From positions 1 through 19,284 of the forward strand of contig JBBQEB010000067.1 of assembly GCA_038320275.1 (NCBI GenBank): 19,284 nt of DNA, given 5' to 3'. The position numbers and the translations under genes were made by a program. Origin of the DNA: Myxococcales bacterium. GTDB taxonomy: Bacteria > Myxococcota > Myxococcia > Myxococcales > Anaeromyxobacteraceae. Positions within the stretch are counted from its first letter, which is position 1. Each line of letters begins with the position of its first letter. The notes beneath the pieces were generated by a model. It saw only the letters and a program-made list of their open reading frames with translations, did not search any database and was not told the origin of the DNA. Below, piece after piece: positions 1 to 7,256 of the stretch.

Positions 1-1
1 C

Positions 2-421
2 TACGCGCTCACGGGTTCGTCCATCGTGGTCAAGGTGCCGCAGGTGGTCTCGAGCCTCGGGAACGTGAACCAGACCTTCCGGGTCGCGCCTGGGCCGTTC
101 TCGTACGATGACGAGGCGGGCTTCTGGTTCGAGAGCGGTAACCTCTACGCCTACCAGCGGGCACACGGGGCCACCAGCATGCTCGCCACGCTGACGTACT
201 CCCCCTCCGAGCACGCCTGGTGGCGGCTTCGCGAAGCCTGGGGCACCGTGTACTGGGACACCTCGCCGGATGGGTTCAACTGGACCGAGCGAGCGGCGAT
301 GGCTACCAGCGGTCTCAGCTTCTCGCCCGCCGTCGTGAGCGTCTACATGTCCGCGAACGAGTTCGGTGGTGGACTCGCCGACCCCAAAGTGGCGCAGTTC
401 ACGCGGCTGAACGCGCCATAG
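2..421 (+). CDS. 5'-truncated hypothetical protein; Trp/Tyr-rich beta-sandwich-like C-terminus (possibly ConA/laminin-G-like, extracellular)
   Basis: Frame is open from base 2 (YALTGSSIVVKVPQV...) to TAG 419-421 with GC-rich third positions; motif WWRLRE..GTVYWDTSPDG..W suggests a beta-rich domain; start lies outside the window. Confidence 0.65.
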   Translation, partial: YALTGSSIVVKVPQVVSSLGNVNQTFRVAPGPFSYDDEAGFWFESGNLYAYQRAHGATSMLATLTYSPSEHAWWRLREAWGTVYWDTSPDGFNWTERAAMATSGLSFSPAVVSVYMSANEFGGGLADPKVAQFTRLNAP

Positions 422-454
422 CCGGGTTCGGTTGAGTCCAGCCTCGGGGCGCTG

Positions 455-481
455 TGACCTTGCCCCGATCCAGTGGACACC
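455..481. repeat. IS3 terminal inverted repeat at the orfB end (IRR)
   Basis: TGACCTTGCCCCGATCCAGTGGACACC, inverted partner at 1679-1705. Confidence 0.9.
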
Positions 482-485
482 CAGG

Positions 486-1361
486 TTATGCCGCCAAGGT
501 GCCCGAGCGCCAGTTGAACTCGGTCTCGTTGGGGCTGCGGTAGTTGTTCTTGGAGTGAAGCCTCCTTGCGTTGTAGTAGCTCTCGATGAAGGTGAACACT
601 TCGTGCTCTGCGTCCGTCGCCTTCCGCCAGGCCGAGCCCGGAGCCATCTCGAACTCGAGCGTGGAGAAGAAGCTTTCCGACGGGGCGTTGTCCCAGCAGT
701 TGCCCTTCCTGCTCATGCTCCGCACCGCCCCAGCCTGCGCGAGCAGCTTTCGGAAGGTCTTGGCCGCGAACTCGATGCCTCGGTCGGAGTGGAACAGCAG
801 GCCGGGTGCAGGGCTACGCCTGGCCAGGGCCTTCCGCAGCGCCTGCCCCGACAGCTCCGCGTCGAGGTTGTCCCCCAGCGACCAGCCGACGACCTTGCGC
901 GAGAACAGGTCGAGGATGACCACCAGGTAGATGAACCCGCCGAGCACCGGCAGGTAGGTGGTGTCGGCCACCCAGGTCTTGTCAGGCGCCTTGGCCGTGA
1001 AGTCGCGGGCAAGGATGTTCGGCGCGATCGGCTCCCGGTGAGAGGAGTCCGTCGTGTTCTTCCAGCGACGCCGCTGGCGCGCCTTCAGGCCCTGTTGTGC
1101 CAGGGAGCGGGCCACCCGTTTTCGGCTGGTCTTGGTGCCTCTCCGGCGCAGCTCCTTCTCCACGCGCGGCGCCCCGTAGCGCCCCTCCTCCTCGGCGAAG
1201 ATGGCCGCGGCGGCAACGTCGAGCTTCTGTTGCTCCAGGTCGCGCTTGGACGGGCCGCGGGTCTCGAAGGCATGGTGGCCGGAACGGGAGAGCCCGAGCG
1301 CCCTGCACATCAGCGCCTTCGGGAAGTTCGCCTTCTCTGCCTCGATGAGCTCAAAGCTCAT
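486..1361 (-). CDS. IS3 transposase OrfB (DDE/rve integrase core), 291 aa
   Basis: YGAPRV, PNILARDF, WVADTTY (D), DLFSRKVVGW, HSDRG (D), GNCWDNAPSESFF (E), YYNARRLHS motifs. Confidence 0.95.
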   Translation of the reverse strand: MSFELIEAEKANFPKALMCRALGLSRSGHHAFETRGPSKRDLEQQKLDVAAAAIFAEEEGRYGAPRVEKELRRRGTKTSRKRVARSLAQQGLKARQRRRWKNTTDSSHREPIAPNILARDFTAKAPDKTWVADTTYLPVLGGFIYLVVILDLFSRKVVGWSLGDNLDAELSGQALRKALARRSPAPGLLFHSDRGIEFAAKTFRKLLAQAGAVRSMSRKGNCWDNAPSESFFSTLEFEMAPGSAWRKATDAEHEVFTFIESYYNARRLHSKNNYRSPNETEFNWRSGTLAA

Positions 1362-1654
1362 CTTCCGCTCCTGGCAAAGAAGGCTGCAGCTTTTCGGAGG
1401 AAGTCCCGCTCCTGCGACACCGTCTTGAACTCGCGCCGCAGCCGGGTCAGCTCCGCGCGCTCCTCGCTCGTCAGCGGCCCCTGTGGGTCCCGCTTCCCGT
1501 CGATCCGGCGCTGCTTCACCCAGGCCCGCACCGCCGTCTCCGTCAGGTCCATCTCCTGCGCCACCTGGCCGATGCTCTTGCCGCTGGCCTGGACCAACCC
1601 CACCACCTCAGCCTTGTACTCGGCCGAGAACTTCCGCCGCTTTCGCTTCTCCAT
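1358..1654 (-). CDS. IS3 transposase OrfA (HTH), 98 aa
   Basis: RRKFSAEYKAEVV...SIGQVAQEMDL...VRAWVKQ HTH, coiled-coil ELTRLRRE, ending LRKAAAFFAR; ATGA overlap with orfB. Confidence 0.95.
   Translation of the reverse strand: MEKRKRRKFSAEYKAEVVGLVQASGKSIGQVAQEMDLTETAVRAWVKQRRIDGKRDPQGPLTSEERAELTRLRREFKTVSQERDFLRKAAAFFARSGR
1390..1394 (-). other. Candidate -1 programmed frameshift motif A-AAA-G fusing OrfA to OrfB
   Basis: Minus strand CGA AAA GCT in orfA; the -1 frame (AAA AGC TGC AGC CTT CTT TGC CAG GAG CGG AAG ATG) is open into the orfB ATG; E. coli IS3 uses an A4G motif. Confidence 0.65.
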
Positions 1655-1678
1655 GGATCAAGTCTCCATCACATCGGA

Positions 1679-1705
1679 GGTGTCCACGAATTCGGGGCAG
1701 GCTCA
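1679..1705. repeat. IS3 terminal inverted repeat at the orfA end (IRL)
   Basis: GGTGTCCACGAATTCGGGGCAGGCTCA, ends in CA and is followed by the CTG duplication. Confidence 0.9.
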
Positions 1706-1951
1706 CTGCGGAATCCAAGCCGCTGCGTCCCGGGGCCTCGCGCCTAGGACGAAACGCTACCCTCCACGCCTCCACCGCTGTTGCAGGGCGAAGCTCCGTG
1801 CCGGCCAGCAGGACTCGGGCCAGCGGCGGCGCTGACTAGGAGGCCAAAGGGCGGCGGCACCGGCACCCCTGGCACACCGCCCGACCGCCCCAAGCGCGCA
1901 CCTCCGAATCTGCCACATCGCTGCCATATTCGTCCGCAGCGAGGTGGGCGT

Positions 1952-3988
1952 ATGCGGTGGTCGAGCTCCAGCGGTCGAATCAGCAATCTGTGGTGGCCGG
2001 CAGTGGTCCTGCTCGCCTGCGGAGGGTTCGCGCCGGAGCAGGCGGTGACCTCGCAGGCGATCGGCATCAGTATCGCACCCGACCGGGTCACGCTTGCGGC
2101 CGGTGGCCAGCGGCAGCTCACCGCCACTGTCACCGGGCTGGCCGGCGCGCGGCTGGATTGGTCGGTCGCGGAGGGCTCGGGGGGCGGGTCCGTGAGCGGC
2201 GACGGCCTCTACACCGCGCCGGCGAGCGCCGGGAGCTATCACGTGGTGGCCAACGTGGCAGGGCACCCGGAGGCGAGCGCCACGGCGACGGTGACCATCA
2301 CCAGAGGCGCAGCCAGTCTCGTCCTGTCGCCCACGCAGGCATCGGTGCCGGAAGGAGGGACGCTCGCCTTCACGGCGACCGTGGACGGCTCCACGGAGGC
2401 CGTCACCTGGAGCGTCGTCGAGGGCGCCTCGGGAGGCTCCATCGACGCGACCGGCCGATACACCGCGCCCCGGGCGGCCGGCACCTGGCACGTGGTTGCC
2501 ACGAGCCAGGCTGACCCGTCGCTCACCGCCACCTCCGCGATCACCGTGACCGCGATCCCGGTTGCCCCGGTGACCGTTACGATAACGCCCGCCACCGCCA
2601 CGGTGCAGGCAGGGAGCACCGTCCAGTTCGCCGTCGCTCCCCAGGGAAGCACCACTCCAGTCGTGACCTGGGCCGTCGCCGAGGGCGCAAGCGGTGGGAG
2701 CGTGAGCTCGAGCGGTCTGTACACCGCTCCGCTCACCGCCGGGGTCTATCACCTGGTCGTTACGAGTGTTGCCGACCCGAGCGCAACGGCAACTGCGACC
2801 GTCACGGTGACCGCGGTCTTGGTCCAGCCAGTCACCGTCACGGTAACGCCCGCCACCGCCACGGTGCAGGCAGGCAGCACCGTGCAGTTCGGTGCGACCT
2901 CGCAAGGCAGCTCGGCGCCGGCGGTCACCTGGACCGTTGCCGAGGGCGCGAGCGGCGGCACCGTAAACGCCCTCGGCCTCTACACCGCTCCGCTAAGCGC
3001 GGGCGTCTACCACGTTGTCGCTACCAGCGCTATTGACCCGACCGCGAGATCGATTGCTACGGTCACGGTGACCGCGGTGGTGAGCGAGCCGATCACGCTG
3101 ACGGTGACGCCTGCCACGGCGACGCTTCAGGTGAAGAGCACCCTGCAATTCGCAGTGACCTCGCAGGACAACCCCGCTCCACCCGTGACGTGGACAATCG
3201 CGGAAGGTTTCGGCAAGATCAGCGCCACCGGCTTGTACACTGCCACGAGCATTCCAGGTGTTTACCATGTGATCGCCACGAGCAGCGCCGACCCGAGCGC
3301 AACGTCGACCGCCACCGTCACCGTCATGGACGGCTTGGGGGAGAACCTCATCGATCGCGGCGGTCCGGTCTTGGCGACCCCTCGCGTGTACATGATCTGG
3401 TGGGGGGACCAGGCCCTCCTCGCGAGCCCAAAGACTGCCGTCGAGTCGTTCATCGCCGACCTGGAGGGCTCGAGCTACCTCGGCACCTCCGAGCAGTACC
3501 TGCGCGGCGCCAAGCCCCACGTGTCGCTGGCCGGGCAATTCTACGATCCCCACATCCCAGCGAAAGCGTTCGGCACGGACTTACATCCCGAGGTCTGCTC
3601 CATCATCGCGGCTTCTGGGCAACCGATCGACCCGCTGGGCGTCTATGTCCTGGTCACGTCATTCTTCGTCAATGTAGGGGGCGCGGGAGGGCATAGCGAC
3701 ACTGTTTGTAACGGCGTGGTCTTGCGGGAGGTTTGGATCCGGGCGGAACAAGGGATCGTCACGGCTTGCCCGACGGCGGATTGGCGCGCCGACTCCGTCG
3801 TCGAGACCTTTTCCCATGAGCTGCTCGAGACGATGACCGAACCTGGGCCCGGGAGAGCGTGGCAAGACCCGCTCGGTCAGGAGATCGGGGACAAGTGCAA
3901 TTATTCGACCTGCGAGAAGCTCGGAACCCGATACTGGCCGGTGAACCCCTTGTGGTCCAATGCGGCCGGTGCTTGCGTCTCGCACTGA
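1952..3988 (+). CDS. Lipoprotein (678 aa) with five Ig-like (Big_2-like) repeats and a C-terminal EXORDIUM/Phi-1-like domain
   Basis: ATG 1952 preceded by SD-like GAGGTGG (1941-1947); signal peptide with lipobox VLLA-C23; five ~80-87 aa repeats (P..AT...G.T.QF...W.V.EG..GG.V...GLYTAP...G.YHVVATS..DP...ATATVTV); C-terminal GGPVL..P.VY.IWWG, SHELLETMTEP, GQEIGDKC. Confidence 0.85.
   Translation: MRWSSSSGRISNLWWPAVVLLACGGFAPEQAVTSQAIGISIAPDRVTLAAGGQRQLTATVTGLAGARLDWSVAEGSGGGSVSGDGLYTAPASAGSYHVVANVAGHPEASATATVTITRGAASLVLSPTQASVPEGGTLAFTATVDGSTEAVTWSVVEGASGGSIDATGRYTAPRAAGTWHVVATSQADPSLTATSAITVTAIPVAPVTVTITPATATVQAGSTVQFAVAPQGSTTPVVTWAVAEGASGGSVSSSGLYTAPLTAGVYHLVVTSVADPSATATATVTVTAVLVQPVTVTVTPATATVQAGSTVQFGATSQGSSAPAVTWTVAEGASGGTVNALGLYTAPLSAGVYHVVATSAIDPTARSIATVTVTAVVSEPITLTVTPATATLQVKSTLQFAVTSQDNPAPPVTWTIAEGFGKISATGLYTATSIPGVYHVIATSSADPSATSTATVTVMDGLGENLIDRGGPVLATPRVYMIWWGDQALLASPKTAVESFIADLEGSSYLGTSEQYLRGAKPHVSLAGQFYDPHIPAKAFGTDLHPEVCSIIAASGQPIDPLGVYVLVTSFFVNVGGAGGHSDTVCNGVVLREVWIRAEQGIVTACPTADWRADSVVETFSHELLETMTEPGPGRAWQDPLGQEIGDKCNYSTCEKLGTRYWPVNPLWSNAAGACVSH
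2063..3330 (+). repeat. Five tandem intragenic Ig-like repeats (~250-261 nt period)
   Basis: Protein-level repeats; identical DNA stretch TAACGCCCGCCACCGCCACGGTGCAGGCAGG at 2583 and 2844 (261 nt apart). Confidence 0.9.
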
Positions 3989-4107
3989 CCGCTTTCGTTG
4001 GGCGCCAGGCGCCAGCGTATTCCGAGTTCGCTGCGCCAACGCCATCCGGCCACTGGCGGAGCCTGGTGTGGAGTCGCGAGTAGAGCGATGGGCCCGTGAG
4101 CGACGCC

Positions 4108-5112
4108 CTACGCCACGCACCAGAAGTCCCGCCCCTCCCTCCAGCCCTGGCGCGCCAGCTCGTCGCGGATGAGGGGCCTCGCTCCCGGTGCGCCGACGGC
4201 GACCAGGAGCGGCAGGCCCCGCGCACGGGCCAGGTCGTGGTGCGACGCGACCGGCGCGCCGCGGACGGTGCGGCCCACCTTCTTGGGATCGACGTCGATG
4301 AACAGGGCCACCCGCACGCCCTCGGCGGCGAGCGCGTCGGCGAAGGCCTTCCCGCTCGGCCCGGCTCCCCACACGGCCACCTCGTCGCGCGCGGCGAGCA
4401 CGGTGCGCCGCAGGAAGGCAGCCTTGAGCGCGCGGTGCCGATCGAGGCCGTAGCGGGGGTCGGTGCGGGTAAGCCGCGCGGTGCTCTCCCTCCACAGAAG
4501 GAGCGGCACCGGGAGGTTGGACAGCTCGCGGCCGGCTTCCGCCAGCCGGAGCCACAGGTCGTAGTCCTCCGGGTAAGGGCCATCGCGCCACCCCCCGACC
4601 GACTCCAGCGCCTCGCGCCGGATCGCCGCCGCGGGGTGCACCAGCGGCGACTCGACCAGGAGATCGCGCCGCACCAGCTCCGGCGTGGTGAGCCCGTTCA
4701 CCCAGCCGACGTAGCGCCGCATGCCGTCGCGCACGGCGCGCCGGGGAAAGGCGCGCACCTGCGAGCCGGCAGCGGCGAGCGCGGGCTGGGCCTCCAGCGC
4801 CTCGAGCTGCAGCGCGAGCCGGCGGGGATGGGCGAGGTCGTCGGCGTCCATGCGGGCGACGACCGGCGCGTCGCAGCGGGCGAGCCCGCGATGGAGCGCC
4901 CGCGCGATGCCCTCCCCCGGGCCGCGCAGGAGGCGCACCCGCGCATCCCGTTCCGCCATCCGCTCCAGCACCGCCGCGGTGCCGTCGGTCGAGCCGTCGT
5001 CCACGGCGACGAGGGCGAGGTCCCGGAAGCTCCCGCGCAGGATGGACCGTGCCGCCGCGCCGACGGTCGCGGCCGCATCGCGGGCGGGCATGAGCACCGC
5101 CACGCGCGGCAT
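4108..5112 (-). CDS. GT2 family glycosyltransferase with C-terminal Rossmann-like domain (QTGAL/B3GNTL1-like), 334 aa
   Basis: ATG 5112 MPRVAVLMPARD, VDDGSTD, RMDADD (DxD), PEDYDLWLR; C-terminal VAVWGAGPSGK...FIDVDPKKVG...EGRDF. The ORF-track extension to 5394 overlaps aroQ and is not adopted. Confidence 0.9.
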   Translation of the reverse strand: MPRVAVLMPARDAAATVGAAARSILRGSFRDLALVAVDDGSTDGTAAVLERMAERDARVRLLRGPGEGIARALHRGLARCDAPVVARMDADDLAHPRRLALQLEALEAQPALAAAGSQVRAFPRRAVRDGMRRYVGWVNGLTTPELVRRDLLVESPLVHPAAAIRREALESVGGWRDGPYPEDYDLWLRLAEAGRELSNLPVPLLLWRESTARLTRTDPRYGLDRHRALKAAFLRRTVLAARDEVAVWGAGPSGKAFADALAAEGVRVALFIDVDPKKVGRTVRGAPVASHHDLARARGLPLLVAVGAPGARPLIRDELARQGWREGRDFWCVA

Positions 5113-5117
5113 CGTGG

Positions 5118-5666
5118 CTACTCGTAGTCGCCGCGGGCGCTGGGGTCGACCGGGAGCGGCTCCTCGGAGAAGCCCTGCAGCTGGGCTCGCTTCGCCGGCT
5201 CCGCCTCCGCAACGGACGGCGGCTCCACGCGCGGCTTTCCGCCGAGGCCGCGGCAGAGGTACTCGGCCGCGAACTTGTAGCCCAGGACGCCGAGGCCAAA
5301 GATCCCGCCGCGCGCCGCCTCGGAGACGAAGCTCTCGCGGCGCCAGCTCTCGCGGGCGTGGATGTTGGAGAGGTGCACCTCCACGGTGGGGCACTTCAGC
5401 GCGCGCAAGCAGTCGGGCAGCGCCCGGCTGGTATGCGAGAGGGCGCCCGGATTGAGGATGACCCCTTCGGCCTCCTTGCGGTGCGCTTGGATGAAGTCGA
5501 GGAGCGCCCCCTCGGAATTCGACTGGAACGCCTTCACCTCCACGCCCCGCTCGGCGCAGACCTGGCGCACCATCCGCTCCACGTCGAAGAGCGTCTCGCG
5601 TCCGTAGATCTCCGGCTCTCGCTCCCCGAGCAGGTTCAGGTTGGGGCCATTCACCAGAAGGATCAT
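5118..5666 (-). CDS. aroQ: Type II 3-dehydroquinate dehydratase
   Basis: NGPNLNLLGEREPEIYG, FQSNSEG, NPGALSHTS, EVHLSNIHARE motifs. Confidence 0.96.
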   Translation of the reverse strand: MILLVNGPNLNLLGEREPEIYGRETLFDVERMVRQVCAERGVEVKAFQSNSEGALLDFIQAHRKEAEGVILNPGALSHTSRALPDCLRALKCPTVEVHLSNIHARESWRRESFVSEAARGGIFGLGVLGYKFAAEYLCRGLGGKPRVEPPSVAEAEPAKRAQLQGFSEEPLPVDPSARGDYE

Positions 5667-5667
5667 G

Positions 5668-6744
5668 TCACGCTCCGATCTCTCTCACTGCGCGCCGGAC
5701 GGCCGACGCCTCCACGACGACGTCCCACTCCACCGTCCACCGATCTCCCGCCCCGCGCGGCAGCACCCAGCGCAGTCCATCTGCCGCGCGCTTCTTGTCG
5801 CTCGACATGAGCCTGGCGGCCCTGGTGGCGAGGGGCGCGGGCACCCGCACCGGGAGCCGCGCCGCGACGAGCGCGCTCTCCACGGCGTCCACCGCCGCGC
5901 CGTCCACCCGGCCCGCGAGTCGCGCCAGCCGGAAGGCGAAGACGACTCCCACCGCCACCGCTTCACCATGTGTATAGCGGTCGAATCCGCCGGCCGCCTC
6001 CACCCCGTGCCCGAAGGTGTGCCCCAGGTTGAGGAGCTTGCGCTCCGCCCGCTCCTTGGGGTCGCGCTCCACCACCTCGAGCTTCATGCGGGCGCATCGG
6101 GCGAGGAGCTCGGCGTCGATGCGGCCGGAGCGCGCGGCGGCGACAGCGAGCGGAAGCAGCGCCGGATCGAGGGCGCCGTACTTCAGCACCTCGCCGAAGC
6201 CGCTCCGCAGCTCTCGGGCGGGGAGGGTCTTCAGCGCGGTTGGATCGGCGAGGACGGCCAGCGGCGGGTGAAAAGCTCCCACCGCGTTCTTGGCGCGCGG
6301 AAGGTTCACGGCGGTCTTCCCGCCCAGGGCGGCGTCGACCATGCCGAGGAGCGTGGTGGGCACCGCCACCCAGGGGATGCCGCGCATGAAGGTGGCGGCG
6401 AGAAAGCCGCCCGCGTCGGTCACCGCCCCTCCCCCGAGGGCGACCACCAGGCTGCGCCGGGTGGCTCCTGCCCGGAGCAGCCGGCTCGCCGCTCGCTCGA
6501 GCTGGGCCAGCGTCTTGCCGCGCTCCCGGTCGGGAAGCGTCACCATCACGTGGGCAGGCGCCGCCCGCGCCAGCGCCCGCGCCGCGCGCCTTCCGAAGGG
6601 CGTCGCCAGCACGGGCGGGCAGGAGACGAGCGCCACCAGGTCGCGCTCCGCCGCGAGCGCCGCGAGCGCCGCCGCGGCGCCCTCGCCCACCACCACCCGG
6701 TAGCGATGCGCCTCCTGGACGGCCTCGAGGACGGTCGCGCTCAC
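5668..6744 (-). CDS. aroB: 3-dehydroquinate synthase
   Basis: ALGGGAVTDAGGF, RGI...PTTLLGMVDAALGGKTAVN, KNAVGAFHPP, EVLKY, LNLGHTFGHGVE, HGEAVAVG, DKK; GTG start overlapping the aroK stop. Confidence 0.96.
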   Translation of the reverse strand: MSATVLEAVQEAHRYRVVVGEGAAAALAALAAERDLVALVSCPPVLATPFGRRAARALARAAPAHVMVTLPDRERGKTLAQLERAASRLLRAGATRRSLVVALGGGAVTDAGGFLAATFMRGIPWVAVPTTLLGMVDAALGGKTAVNLPRAKNAVGAFHPPLAVLADPTALKTLPARELRSGFGEVLKYGALDPALLPLAVAAARSGRIDAELLARCARMKLEVVERDPKERAERKLLNLGHTFGHGVEAAGGFDRYTHGEAVAVGVVFAFRLARLAGRVDGAAVDAVESALVAARLPVRVPAPLATRAARLMSSDKKRAADGLRWVLPRGAGDRWTVEWDVVVEASAVRRAVREIGA

Positions 6745-7256
6745 CGGGCGCCCTCCCCGGCCTGGACGAGCGCCGCCACCTGACGCGCTACGGCCTCGAC
6801 GCCGAGCCCGTCCACCGGCACGGTGTGATGGGCTCGCTGGTAGAGCGGGAGCCTCTCGGCGTGCAGGGCTCCCCAGCGCCCGGAGAGTGGACGCTCCTCG
6901 GGGGGCCGACGGGCGAGGCGGCGCGCGGCCTCCTCCGCCGTGACGTCGAGGAAGATCACCGTGGCGCTGGCGAGCAGGTGCGCCGAGCCTTCGCGGTCGC
7001 AGAAGGCGCCGCCGCCAAGGTCCACCACCACCGGGCCCGAGAGCCCCAGCACCACTTCGCGCTCCATCGCCCGGAAGGCTTCCTCGCCGTCCTCGGCGAA
7101 GATGCGCGCCACCGGCTTTCCGGCCCGGCGCACCACCTCCTCGTCGGTGGAGACGACCCGCCTGTGCAGCAGCCGCGAGAGAGCGCGCGCCACGGTGGAC
7201 TTGCCCGAGGCCATCATCCCGGTGAGCGCCACCGCCTCAGCGGATGCGGGCGACAT
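6741..7256 (-). CDS. aroK: Shikimate kinase, 171 aa
   Basis: ATG 7256 [21 protein letters not shown] (Walker A), [29 protein letters not shown]. Confidence 0.93.
   Translation of the reverse strand: MSPASAEAVALTGMMASGKSTVARALSRLLHRRVVSTDEEVVRRAGKPVARIFAEDGEEAFRAMEREVVLGLSGPVVVDLGGGAFCDREGSAHLLASATVIFLDVTAEEAARRLARRPPEERPLSGRWGALHAERLPLYQRAHHTVPVDGLGVEAVARQVAALVQAGEGAR

Larger units (their letters stand above)
455..1705 (-). mobile_element. Complete IS3-family insertion sequence (IS3-subgroup-like), 1251 bp
   Basis: 27-bp imperfect terminal inverted repeats beginning TG: 455-481 TGACCTTGCCCCGATCCAGTGGACACC versus reverse complement of 1679-1705 TGAGCCTGCCCCGAATTCGTGGACACC (21/27 match); 3-bp direct repeat CTG at 452-454 and 1706-1708; orfA and orfB inside. 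Confidence 0.95.

Noticed and set aside
432..1835. 467-aa plus-strand ORF across the IS
   Set aside because: Antisense to IS3 orfA/orfB and crosses both element ends; no recognisable domain.
1869..1927. Sigma54-like promoter candidates (TGGCAC at 1870; minus-strand GG-N10-GC within 1911-1926)
   Set aside because: The first lacks the -12 GC at the right spacing; the second arises from the direct repeat and points away from the lipoprotein gene.
1781..1951. Upstream extension of the lipoprotein ORF from TTG 1781
   Set aside because: ATG 1952 has an SD and puts the lipoprotein signal peptide at the N-terminus; the extension is low-complexity.
3989..4107. Possible structured RNA or terminator between the convergent lipoprotein and GT genes (CGCCAGGC...GCCTGGTG)
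   Set aside because: Pairing is short and bulged with no U-tract or known motif; expected by chance at this GC content.
6645..6680. Short tandem repeat GCCGCGAGC GCCGCGAGC GCCGC
   Set aside because: Encodes the Ala/Leu-rich AAALAALAA helix of AroB; not a separate repeat element.
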